This document shows positions 26,508 to 35,921 of a stretch of 64,000 bases of DNA, in pieces. The stretch's first letter is position 1. Every line of letters begins with the position of its first letter. Both the position numbers and the translations under genes were made by a program. Origin of the DNA: a virus; the IMG/VR virus record IMGVR_UViG_3300045988_069050, positions 1-64,000 of that record; one strand, given 5' to 3'. Below the pieces are notes generated by a model. It had not been told where the DNA came from. It ran no database searches and was given only the letters and a program-made list of their open reading frames with translations.

Positions 26508-28523
26508 ATGAATTTTAAAGATTTCAAGAAAGATGTAGAGTCTGCTTTCAATGCTATGATTGCAGATAATTTATTTGTAGTTAATGTAGACAAAGACCTT
26601 TTGTGGATGAGTTATCTTCTCTCCTTTGAGGACGAAACAATTCGGCAAGATCACAATTGTAATGCTTGTAAGTCTTTCATACGTCACTATGGTAAGGTAG
26701 TCGCTATAGACCCTCAAACCTACAAGGTGAAAACCTTCTGGGATGATGTTCACACTCCTGGCTATGAAAAGACCGCATCTGATTTAGCTAAGCTCGTTAA
26801 GGAAGCTGGAATAGGAGATATATTCATTCAGGATGTTAATGAGTTTCACGGTTGTGACCATAATGTGCAACTTCTTCCTGATGGAACTACTAGAACTTGG
26901 ACTCACTTGTACGTGACTATTCCTAACAAGTTTAAATTCAACAAGAGAGTACATCATTTCGATTCTGCCGCAGGTTATCGCGGAGATGTTAGAGCTAGAG
27001 CTGGTGTCTTTGAACGCTCTCTTTCCGAGCTTAAACTAAGTGCGGTAGAAACCGTAATTGAGTTGATAGAGGATAATAATCTCTATCGCGGAGAAGAGTT
27101 CCTAAAGACTCTGCAAGAGTTCAGAAGAACTATGCTTGAGGCCGATAATCTCTCACCAGAGGTTCGCACTAACTATTGTTGGTTTAACTTCAAATCTCCA
27201 ATAGCTAAAATTAGAAATACGGCTATGGGAACTCTACTGATTGACTTAAGTAATGGTGTAGACCTGGAAAGAGCTGTTAAGTCTTATGAGAACATTATGG
27301 CTCCATCTAACTATAAGAGACCTACTGCTCTTATTACTAAGAAACAAATTGAGGCTGCTCAGAAGAAGGTTGAAGAACTTGGGTTAACTGATGCCCTTCC
27401 TCGCCGTCATGCTCGTGTAGAAGATATTTCTGTAAACGACGTTCTGTTCGTAAATAGAGACACTCGTGCACGTATGAAAGGAGGTATATTTGACTCTTTA
27501 AAAGAGACCTCAACGGTTAATCCTAAAGAGTATACCAAAGCTACTGAAATTTCAATTTCGGAGTTTGTAACTAATGTATTGCCACACTCTAAGGATGTGC
27601 AAATTCTTGTTGAGAATAAGCATATTCCTAATTTTGTTACCCTAACTGCTCCAGAGAACCCTGATGCAGGTCAGCTGTTCAAATGGAAGAATAACTTCGC
27701 TTGGGTGTATAATGGCTCTATGGCGGATTCATTCAAGGAGAAAGTAAAAGCAGCAGGTGGTAACGTAAATGGATTCCTAAGATGTTCTCTACACTGGTTT
27801 AACTATGATGACCTTGACCTCCATGTAACAGAACCTGGTGGTAATGAAATCTATTACGGGCATAAGAGAGGATTAACTGGTGGTACACTAGATGTAGATA
27901 TGAACGCTGGTTCTGGTAAAACCAGAGATGCAGTCGAGAATATTATCTGGACTGACCAATCTAAACTCAGAGCAGGTCGATATGAAGTGCGTGTGCATAA
28001 CTTCTGCAAAAGAGAACATATAGACTTTGGATTCGAGGTAGAAATCGAAATCAATGGAGAACTTCATAAGTTCAACTATGATAAGATGGTGTCAGACAGA
28101 GAATATATTGCGGTAGCAATTATCAAGGTAGATTCTATTGGTAATATAACCCTAAGTCCGGTAATTGCCGAAGGTGCAACTTCATACAAGTCTATGAACG
28201 AGTGGGGCATTGATACTATGCGTTTCCAAACTGTTTCTTGCATCATGTATTCTCCAAATTATTGGGAAGGTAATGAAATAGGAAACAAGCACCTATTCTT
28301 CATGATTGATGGATGTAAAAATCCTGACCCAGTTCGAGGATTCTTCAATGAATATCTGAGACCCGATCTCGAAAAAGATCATAAGAGAGTATTCGAAGCT
28401 ATTGGCTCTAGAGCTAAAGCAGAATACAACGATAACCAGTTGAGTGGACTAGGATTCTCTAGTACGTCTCACGACGAGGTTGTAGTTAAAGTTGATAATA
28501 AACCATTTAAAATTAAATTCTAA
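26508..28523 (+). CDS. large hypothetical protein (671 aa)
   Basis: Uninterrupted 2-kb ORF; no motif I can name. Confidence 0.8.
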   Translation: MNFKDFKKDVESAFNAMIADNLFVVNVDKDLLWMSYLLSFEDETIRQDHNCNACKSFIRHYGKVVAIDPQTYKVKTFWDDVHTPGYEKTASDLAKLVKEAGIGDIFIQDVNEFHGCDHNVQLLPDGTTRTWTHLYVTIPNKFKFNKRVHHFDSAAGYRGDVRARAGVFERSLSELKLSAVETVIELIEDNNLYRGEEFLKTLQEFRRTMLEADNLSPEVRTNYCWFNFKSPIAKIRNTAMGTLLIDLSNGVDLERAVKSYENIMAPSNYKRPTALITKKQIEAAQKKVEELGLTDALPRRHARVEDISVNDVLFVNRDTRARMKGGIFDSLKETSTVNPKEYTKATEISISEFVTNVLPHSKDVQILVENKHIPNFVTLTAPENPDAGQLFKWKNNFAWVYNGSMADSFKEKVKAAGGNVNGFLRCSLHWFNYDDLDLHVTEPGGNEIYYGHKRGLTGGTLDVDMNAGSGKTRDAVENIIWTDQSKLRAGRYEVRVHNFCKREHIDFGFEVEIEINGELHKFNYDKMVSDREYIAVAIIKVDSIGNITLSPVIAEGATSYKSMNEWGIDTMRFQTVSCIMYSPNYWEGNEIGNKHLFFMIDGCKNPDPVRGFFNEYLRPDLEKDHKRVFEAIGSRAKAEYNDNQLSGLGFSSTSHDEVVVKVDNKPFKIKF

Positions 28524-28525
28524 TT

Positions 28526-28900
28526 ATGTACAAACAAGCGTCTAAAATGAAGTTGCGCTTTGCAACTAGTAAAGGTAATTTGAGTGTGGAAGATTTGTGG
28601 GACTTAAGTCTGCCTGCATTGGACAGACTGGCAGTGTCCTATGACGAAGAATTAGCCAAGAGTCCTAGAAAATCTTTCATAACTAATGATACTCCTAGCA
28701 ATAGCGAACTGGAGTTAAAGTTCAACATTGTGAAAGATGTTATCACTGATAAGCTGAAAGACAAGGCCGCTAGAGAAGCAGCTAAAGATAAGGCAGCTGA
28801 GAAGGCACGCCTGACTGAACTGCTGGCTAAGAAACAGTCTGAGAAAATGGAAAGTATGTCCGAAGATGAAATCAGACAACGACTTGCAGAACTCGGATAA
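28526..28900 (+). CDS. hypothetical K/E-rich protein (124 aa)
   Basis: ORF. Confidence 0.55.
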   Translation: MYKQASKMKLRFATSKGNLSVEDLWDLSLPALDRLAVSYDEELAKSPRKSFITNDTPSNSELELKFNIVKDVITDKLKDKAAREAAKDKAAEKARLTELLAKKQSEKMESMSEDEIRQRLAELG

Positions 28901-29275
28901 TTGTGTCGTATTTGAAAACAGTTAGTCCACAAATCTTAGATAAACTAAGGGAAAGTGGATTGACTGTTTTGTACGTGTTTGTGAATTTCCTGGTACAGCC
29001 TGGTTTAGTATTCAGACCAAATATGCCTACATCGGATATTCACGGGTGAGGTGTATGATTTTCGAAGAGATAGGACTTTTTTTGGAACAGAGGCTGTTCT
29101 CAAAATACTTCGAAGCTAACACTCCGAATTATGTAGATTGCGGAACTGATGTCGATAAATTTATTAACATTTGTTTGCAGTTTAAATAAGTTAACGGTTT
29201 TTAACTTTGAATTTAACACTTGTACTGTTATTATAGTAAGTTGATTAGCGGTACGTGAGTATAGCTAATTACTAT

Positions 29276-29361
29276 GCCCGAATGGTGGAATTGGTAGACA
29301 CGTCAGATTTAAGCTCTGATGCCCAGTAATGGGCGTGTGGGTTCGAGTCCCACTTCGGGTA
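29276..29361 (+). tRNA. tRNA-Leu(TAA), type II
   Basis: acceptor gcccgaa/ttcgggt, anticodon stem tcaga/tctga loop tttaagc. Confidence 0.8.
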
Positions 29362-29380
29362 CTAATTTAATATCAATAAT

Positions 29381-29552
29381 ATGGAAAGATATATAGAAGA
29401 ACTTATTGAAATATATAGAAAAAATACTCTAAAGTCAGATGAAGAATTAGAATCTCTGAAGAGTTTACTTAGAAATGTTCATCGTGATGGATTTATAGCA
29501 GGAGAAGAATCAATAATTAATGTTGTGGATAAACTAACAAAACGTAACTAAT
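29381..29552 (+). CDS. small hypothetical protein (57 aa)
   Basis: Manually read ORF after tRNA-Leu. Confidence 0.35.
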
Positions 29553-30464
29553 ATGAACAGTGTATTTTTTGGAAATGAAGGGTTGACTTCTACGTCAGCA
29601 AACTTCTATGCGAACATCGCACAAGAAATGATTCAAGCAGCACAGGAACGCTTGAATAATGTGAAATTCTTTCAAGTATCTGTAGCCTCTATCGGTGGAG
29701 GAGAAAAGCAGTTAATGACAGTAGGACAAAAGTCCCTTGACTTTATAAAAGATGATTTGGAAAAGGTCGCTGCCATGAATAGTTTTTGTGCTTGGGTACG
29801 AGAAGCTATTAAAGAGAAAGAAGGAATGATTGGCAAAGTATCTGCTACTATGCTTGATGATTGGGCAGAAAGTCAGGGAATAGGACTGCCAGAGCAGCCT
29901 AAGTATCCAGAAGCTCTACCTTCTCCGACTGAAGAGACTATCATAAAGTCGTGGGATATTAACAAGAGAAATAAATTCCTAAGATTAGAGGCGTTTGCTT
30001 CTACCTATGGAAAGTATATTCATCCAAAAGGAGCCTTTAGTAAAGCACGAAAAGAAGTTCATGCAGCTGAGAATTGTCCTATCTATAAGGAAGGCTCTGG
30101 AAGAGATTTAATTCTCTACTACCAAGACCCTACCATCGAAGTAGAAAAAGTGGACAATATGTTCATGTCTCTTCAAGACACCTATCGTTCTTACGAGAAG
30201 GAGTTAAATGCTCTTAAAGCTGAGCTTAAGGAGGAGGTTAATAAACTTTCTAACACTCAAGAACAAGAGTATCGTGAGAAAATGGCTGAATTTAAAGCAA
30301 AATACGACAAATATACCTCCGAATTAGGAGAGTTGAGAAGTCGTTTCAATAGTTGGAAAACTTCTGAAATGGAACGTATTTCCAAACTAAAAATCGCTTT
30401 GCCTAAGAATCTTTTAGATATTTTCGAAGAGATTAGGAGACAAGGCGACTCTTCCTCTAAGTAA
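29553..30464 (+). CDS. hypothetical protein (303 aa)
   Basis: ORF. Confidence 0.7.
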   Translation: MNSVFFGNEGLTSTSANFYANIAQEMIQAAQERLNNVKFFQVSVASIGGGEKQLMTVGQKSLDFIKDDLEKVAAMNSFCAWVREAIKEKEGMIGKVSATMLDDWAESQGIGLPEQPKYPEALPSPTEETIIKSWDINKRNKFLRLEAFASTYGKYIHPKGAFSKARKEVHAAENCPIYKEGSGRDLILYYQDPTIEVEKVDNMFMSLQDTYRSYEKELNALKAELKEEVNKLSNTQEQEYREKMAEFKAKYDKYTSELGELRSRFNSWKTSEMERISKLKIALPKNLLDIFEEIRRQGDSSSK

Positions 30465-30846
30465 TTAGAGGACTTCCGTAGGAAGCTAACATAACATACT
30501 TAACAGGAATAATTATGAACAGTATATTCTTAAATCCGCATGGATTTAATCTTTATTCGCTGGCTACACAAAAATTTACAACCTACTCTCTAATTGAGAG
30601 TCTTTGTCTTAGTCTTTGTTAGTGTAGCTAGGTCTTTGACTACGGCTTCATCTTTGCCTGCGCGTTAGCTTCCTACATAGCTCGTCAACCACGTGTTGAA
30701 GGAGTTACGGAATCCCTTCGGGATTCTAGCCTTTTGCTTCAGTTACAAGTAATCTTTAAACTTGGTGACTATTATCCCAAATTCTCAACAAGATGAAGAG
30801 GGAGGTTGACCAACCTAATAATGGTACAAGCTCTTCGGAGTGATAG

Positions 30847-30898
30847 GAGTGGGGAAAGTATCTGGTGAAGCACAGATACTGGAACCACTCTTTTTTTT
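30847..30898 (+). terminator. nested hairpin (outer gagtgg/ccactc, inner agtatctg/cagatact) followed by T9
   Basis: Inverted repeats and T-run at the end of a 470-bp ORF-free region. Confidence 0.5.
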
Positions 30899-30938
30899 GA
30901 TAGATAAAATGATTATTAACTAATTTAAATTAAGAAAA

Positions 30939-31113
30939 ATGAAGAAAGTACTATTGCTTTTCGGAATGGTTGCACTGATGTCTGCTTGTGCAGGTAATAC
31001 AAAGACTCAGGCTCCAGAAAACGATTCTATCGCAATCGTTAAAGAAGTTGCTGACACAATGAGTGTAGACACTCTAGGTGTGGATAGTCTTGTAATTGAT
31101 AGTATTCAGTAAT
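30939..31113 (+). CDS. small lipoprotein (MKKVLLLFGMVALMSAC...)
   Basis: Lipobox-like signal. Confidence 0.5.
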
Positions 31114-31114
31114 A

Positions 31115-31437
31115 TGGATTTTATCGCAACCAGAGTCAATGAACTCTTAAGTAGGGTATCTCCTATTAAGCGATGGCTTATTTCTGATGTTGCGAATGAA
31201 TACTATCGAGCAGGATATCAAGATGGTCAGAAACTAGTCTACAGAAATGTGTTAAAGGGAAGCGCATTGAGAGAGTTTATCGAAATTCTAAATCATTGCG
31301 GAATTAAACTTAGTTACAACTTACGTAAGGGTGGGCTACTGGTCAGTGTAAGAACTGATAAGTTGTCCAACTTACAGAATCTTGTTAATTGTTACAAAAA
31401 TGAGCAAAACAAAGAGAACAGTCCTGACAAGGGATGA
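31115..31437 (+). CDS. hypothetical protein
   Basis: ORF; start set to first ATG after upstream stop. Confidence 0.5.
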
Positions 31438-31780
31438 TTGTCCCCCATTGGAGGAACAATACAAAAGCATTATGGAGAACTTTGATTTTGATAAGGTTCT
31501 GGAGTATATGCAGTGGGACAAGAGTCATAGAGAATATGATGACGAGGGTCGCTGTATAGGCAAAAGTACATGGAAAATGTATGTAGGTCCGAACGAACAC
31601 AGAGTTCCCACTCTTTACGAACTATCCAGAAATGCTAGCGTACTACTAAGAGAAGTAATGAAGCTGTACAATGACAACAAAAGTCCTTATCTTTCTATAG
31701 CTACTGGACCATTCAAGGTTATTTGCAGATATGGGATGCTGGAACTTATAGCTTGCCTAGAAACTTGGAGTTATGATTGA
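31382..31780 (+). CDS. hypothetical protein (start uncertain, 31382 or 31400)
   Basis: ORF. Confidence 0.5.
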   Translation: MLIVTKMSKTKRTVLTRDDCPPLEEQYKSIMENFDFDKVLEYMQWDKSHREYDDEGRCIGKSTWKMYVGPNEHRVPTLYELSRNASVLLREVMKLYNDNKSPYLSIATGPFKVICRYGMLELIACLETWSYD

Positions 31781-32186
31781 ATTTAATCAGATTTTTTGTG
31801 AGGATTTGAAAGATGATTTCGAGGAAGCTGGTAGGCATGAGAGAAATTTCGAGTTAGACGAGTTTATTCAGAAGGATTTAAGTAGAGCATTTGCGTTTGG
31901 TTATTGTCATTTAGACTGGATAAAGGAGAAAATGTGGTTTCCTGTTCCTATTAGGAAGGCTTTACGGCATTTAGGGGACGACCTAGAAGATTTTGCTCCT
32001 CAGCTTAAATGGCTTAACGAAAAATATGGTGCTATAGGAAAGAGAGTTAGAATTGTTGATTATGCAAACTATATTTTAGATAATATATTTTGTGACAATC
32101 AAGACGATTTGCTAAAGATAGCAATATTACTCGGAACTAACATGAGAGTAAATACTGCTGATGAGCAGGCTAGAAGTGTTCACTGA
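31773..32186 (+). CDS. hypothetical protein (137 aa)
   Basis: ORF. Confidence 0.5.
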   Translation: MIEFNQIFCEDLKDDFEEAGRHERNFELDEFIQKDLSRAFAFGYCHLDWIKEKMWFPVPIRKALRHLGDDLEDFAPQLKWLNEKYGAIGKRVRIVDYANYILDNIFCDNQDDLLKIAILLGTNMRVNTADEQARSVH

Positions 32187-32604
32187 TGGAGCTTTTAGCT
32201 CGTCTAGAGACACAGGAGGAGTAGGAGTTGTATTCGTAATTGATGGGGAAAAAGCCTATGAATTTAGTAAGATGATTCCTAATACTACTAATAATAAATG
32301 TGAGTTGTTAGCAGTAATTTATGCTCTAAATGCAGTAAGTCGTAAAATCGAATCTCTGACTATTTACTCAGATTCTCAGTACGTCATAGGATGTGCTACT
32401 AAAGGATGGAAAAGAAAGAAGAACGTAGAGTTATGGAATTTATACGACAAGGTCTTAAATAAGGCAAAGCAATTTTGTCCTAATATAGATTTTTGTTGGG
32501 TGAAAGGACATACTTCAAGTTCAGACTTCTTTTCTCAGATGAATAATCTCGCAGATAAATTAGCAGTTGAAGCAAGTCAGGAATATGAAACTAAGAAAGA
32601 ATAA
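32161..32604 (+). CDS. rnhA: ribonuclease H (RNase HI-like)
   Basis: TDGAF...ELLAVIYAL...YSDSQYVI...WVKGH...ADKLA motifs of RNase H. Confidence 0.85.
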   Translation: MSRLEVFTDGAFSSSRDTGGVGVVFVIDGEKAYEFSKMIPNTTNNKCELLAVIYALNAVSRKIESLTIYSDSQYVIGCATKGWKRKKNVELWNLYDKVLNKAKQFCPNIDFCWVKGHTSSSDFFSQMNNLADKLAVEASQEYETKKE

Positions 32605-33001
32605 GAATAAGAAACTTATCAAAGAAGCTATGAAGTTTTATCCATTCGATTATGGATTTGTTCTCTCTTTAGAGAAACAAGCCCTAATTAGAATGTATGA
32701 ATACTTTAAGGTATCTAGAATTGCGGAAGGCAATGAACGTGTCGAAAAAGAGCTAAATCTAGCACTAAAGCTATTAGATATTGTGCTAGAAATAGATTCT
32801 GCGTATCACCATGACTTTAGACCTGGGTCAAAGGGATTTGTAGATAGACACATAAATACTAAAAATTGGAATCGATTCCACCCTAAGGCTGCTGATCTCG
32901 ATTGGAATACTCCAATCCTTAAAGATTATCTGAGAAGAGAAAAAGCCTGGTACTTATACAACAAACTAAAGTTTGAACGTATGAGGTCTTGGTGGGATTA
33001 A
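32567..33001 (+). CDS. hypothetical protein (144 aa)
   Basis: ORF. Confidence 0.5.
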   Translation: MKQVRNMKLRKNKNKKLIKEAMKFYPFDYGFVLSLEKQALIRMYEYFKVSRIAEGNERVEKELNLALKLLDIVLEIDSAYHHDFRPGSKGFVDRHINTKNWNRFHPKAADLDWNTPILKDYLRREKAWYLYNKLKFERMRSWWD

Positions 33002-33017
33002 TTTAATTAATAGAATT

Positions 33018-34034
33018 ATGAAGAAAATTTTTAGTATTATTTGTTTGTGTTTAATGTGCGTGTTTGCTAGCGCACAAGTTGTTGAAACTGGAAGTTTGAA
33101 AGATAACTGGTATGTTTCTGGTAATGTAGGTACCACAATTTGGGACAACTCAAGAAGTTGGGCTGAACCTCATGATGTATTAGTAAATATTGCGGTGGGT
33201 AAAGAAATTACTCCTATCTTCGGACTAGAGTTAGATATGATGGCAGGTATGAATCAAGGCAGTAAAACGTTCTTCGATTCCCATAACCTTACAGCTAATG
33301 TAACTACTAATCTAACTAATCTTATTTGTGGATACGAAGGCTCTAGACGTTTATTTGAGCCTGTATTACTGATAGGTGCTGGTTGGTATCATACTTATGG
33401 TGATGTTTATAATAATGTATCTGCAAGAGGTGCAATTAGATGCAACTTTAATATTACTGATAGTTGGGCACTAAATGTTACTCCAGAGTATATGCTACTT
33501 CCAAAGACTACTCCTCTAAATCATGAAGTAAATGTTTATATAGGAGCCACTTACCGGTTTAAGTCTAATAAAGGAAACTTTCCTATGATGAAACTATATA
33601 GTGACGCTGAAGTAGAAAGTCTTAATGCTGCTATTAACGAGTTGAGGGTTAAGAATAGCGAATTGGAATCTCGTAAACCAGTAGAAATAATTAAGACTGA
33701 TACTATAGTAGTTACTAAGGTAGAACTTCTTACACCTAAAATTCAGTTTTTACAGAACTCTTCTGAAATCTCTACAACTTCTAATGTTGCAGTATCGGAG
33801 TTAGCAGCTTATATTTCAAATAGTGGTAAGTCATATATGATTGAAGGATATGCTTCTGAAGAAGGTCCAGTAGATTTTAATGACAACTTAGCTGTAGCTA
33901 GAGCAGAATCTATGAAGAAGGCCCTTATCAGTTATGGCGCTCCAGAGGATAAGCTTATAGTTAAAGGCTGCGGAAGCACTACTGAGTTTGGAGATAGAGA
34001 ATTTAACAGAATCGTAATCGTAACAGAACAATGA
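33018..34034 (+). CDS. OmpA-family outer-membrane protein (signal peptide, beta-barrel-like N-domain, C-terminal OmpA peptidoglycan-binding domain)
   Basis: Signal MKKIFSIICLCLMCVFASAQ; C-terminal IEGYASEEGPVDFNDNLAVARAESMKKAL matches OmpA_C. Confidence 0.8.
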   Translation: MKKIFSIICLCLMCVFASAQVVETGSLKDNWYVSGNVGTTIWDNSRSWAEPHDVLVNIAVGKEITPIFGLELDMMAGMNQGSKTFFDSHNLTANVTTNLTNLICGYEGSRRLFEPVLLIGAGWYHTYGDVYNNVSARGAIRCNFNITDSWALNVTPEYMLLPKTTPLNHEVNVYIGATYRFKSNKGNFPMMKLYSDAEVESLNAAINELRVKNSELESRKPVEIIKTDTIVVTKVELLTPKIQFLQNSSEISTTSNVAVSELAAYISNSGKSYMIEGYASEEGPVDFNDNLAVARAESMKKALISYGAPEDKLIVKGCGSTTEFGDREFNRIVIVTEQ

Positions 34035-34299
34035 AATACAAGAAAAAAGTAAAATGGTTAAAGGATAAACAGGCATGGTGGGATAAGCAGGGAAAAGATT
34101 TCCAAGCTGCAACCACTAGACCTGGTTCCGTTAAAACTCGATAATCTATGTTAGCTATTATACTAGCAATAGTCTTGATAATCGCCTTTATTTATTACGA
34201 CCCATATGTAGATATTACAGAGGATAATGTCTTATTATGGTATAATGGTAAGGGATATAGGGAATACATTATTCTGTGGTCCAGAAATACTAATTAAGT

Positions 34300-34614
34300 A
34301 TGGACGTAAAGATTATGTTGATAAGTGATTGTATAGGAGTTGTGCTCTATGCGCTCCTATACTATACACTTTATCATACCTATGAACTAGATTATTTAGG
34401 TTCTGGAAGGTGGAGAAGGTGGAGAAGAATATCTGTGCCTGGTTGGGCTGTAGTTATAGCCCTAGTGAGCCTATGTCTTCCTCCTGTAGCTGTCTCGCTT
34501 TCTATAGTAAGCTGGATTATATATATGCTTAAGTTTCTCGGCGATAAATATTACGAGGTAGACGTTTCTTTTATTAAGTTTTTATCAAACTCAATACATG
34601 ACACGAATATTTAA
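34300..34614 (+). CDS. membrane protein (104 aa)
   Basis: Hydrophobic ORF. Confidence 0.45.
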   Translation: MDVKIMLISDCIGVVLYALLYYTLYHTYELDYLGSGRWRRWRRISVPGWAVVIALVSLCLPPVAVSLSIVSWIIYMLKFLGDKYYEVDVSFIKFLSNSIHDTNI

Positions 34615-35110
34615 ACATCTAATTAGGATTATTAAGCATAAATACTGGGTAGCACGCTATTGTTTCCAGTTAGGTCTTTATTGGCAGGGAATAGTACATG
34701 ACTGGTCTAAGTTTAGCTATACTGAATTTAGTAGGTCAATAAAGTATTGGGACGATACTATTAGTCCTCTAGCTAATGAGAAAAACATACACGGATATTC
34801 TGAAACCTTCCTACATCATCGAGGAAGAAATCCACATCACTATGAATATTGGGTTCATAGTTTAGATGAAGGAGGAGTTCCAGCGAAAATGCCAAGAAAA
34901 TATGCTTTGGAATTAGTCTGTGATTATCTGGCTGCTGGGAGAACCTATAATAAAGATTTTACCTATGGGAGTGAGTACAACTGGTGGATTAAATTTCTAA
35001 GTTCACCTAGAGCTATACATCCCGAAACCAAGGACTTCGTAACTAAATGCTTTAGGCATTTGAGTGCCGGAGGTAATATTAAATATTTATTGAAAATTGA
35101 CTATGAGTAA
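34598..35110 (+). CDS. hypothetical protein (170 aa), His-rich motif HHRGRNPHHYEYW
   Basis: ORF. Confidence 0.55.
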   Translation: MTRIFKHLIRIIKHKYWVARYCFQLGLYWQGIVHDWSKFSYTEFSRSIKYWDDTISPLANEKNIHGYSETFLHHRGRNPHHYEYWVHSLDEGGVPAKMPRKYALELVCDYLAAGRTYNKDFTYGSEYNWWIKFLSSPRAIHPETKDFVTKCFRHLSAGGNIKYLLKIDYE

Positions 35111-35921
35111 GATAATAGGGCAAGACAAGTTAATTAAGGAAGTTAATAGAATATTTCAGGTATTTGTAAATAGTAATTGCAAGATAAGACCGCACTTTAT
35201 TCTTACAGGTGAGAGCGGGTCTGGTAAGAGCTTTACTATTAAACAGTTATGTGATATGAATGAACTTAGCTTTCTAGAAGTTAATGCAGCTCAAATAACT
35301 AAAGAGGGTATTTCTGGAAATAGTTTAAGCAAAATTCTATCTCCACTTGTTAACTATAGTCACACACCTATTGTAGTCTTCGTAGACGAGTTTGATAAAC
35401 TTTTCATCAACGGAAACACTAATAGCCAACTGGCTAATGAATCTACTGCCAGTGTACAGAACGAGTTTCTCAAACTTTTAGAGTCTGATACTACTAGTGT
35501 TTTTGGCGATTATGGGAAGTACATATCAGTCCCTATTGATAATGTACTATTTGTGTTTGCTGGAGCATTCAATAATGAGCCTCACATTACATTAGATAGA
35601 CTAAGAGACTTTGGAGTTAAAACAGAGTTTCTTGGAAGAGTAGGATTAATCTACAATACTAAACCTCTCACTCTAGAGGATTTGTATTCTATCTTGGAGT
35701 GTTCAGACTTGTTGCAGAATTATCTTGACTTATTCTTTAATGTAAATAGAGAACAAGTCATTAGTGATTTGAAAGGGTATCTCGAAAGTTCTTTTCGCAA
35801 TAATACTCTTGGAGCAAGAACAATTAATACTCTTATTCACCAATACTTTATCAAAGGTGGAAAACTCGAAACTGAAGAAGTAAAAGAAATAACTTTTAAC
35901 AAAAAATTAGAATGGAAATAA
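35097..35921 (+). CDS. ClpX-like AAA+ ATPase (no zinc-finger N-domain)
   Basis: GESGSGKS Walker A, VVFVDEFDK Walker B, VQNEFLKLLE and VLFVFAGAF / TEFLGRV..LEDLYSIL segments resembling ClpX/HslU. Confidence 0.75.
   Translation: MTMSKIIGQDKLIKEVNRIFQVFVNSNCKIRPHFILTGESGSGKSFTIKQLCDMNELSFLEVNAAQITKEGISGNSLSKILSPLVNYSHTPIVVFVDEFDKLFINGNTNSQLANESTASVQNEFLKLLESDTTSVFGDYGKYISVPIDNVLFVFAGAFNNEPHITLDRLRDFGVKTEFLGRVGLIYNTKPLTLEDLYSILECSDLLQNYLDLFFNVNREQVISDLKGYLESSFRNNTLGARTINTLIHQYFIKGGKLETEEVKEITFNKKLEWK

Noticed and set aside
5247-29361. Amber suppressor tRNA (anticodon CTA) that could explain the in-frame TAG before the Hjc-like gene
   Set aside because: No tRNA in this window has a CTA anticodon. 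The closest candidates were Arg-TCT and an odd-loop tRNA-like gene, neither of which fits. Suppression cannot be supported from this window alone.
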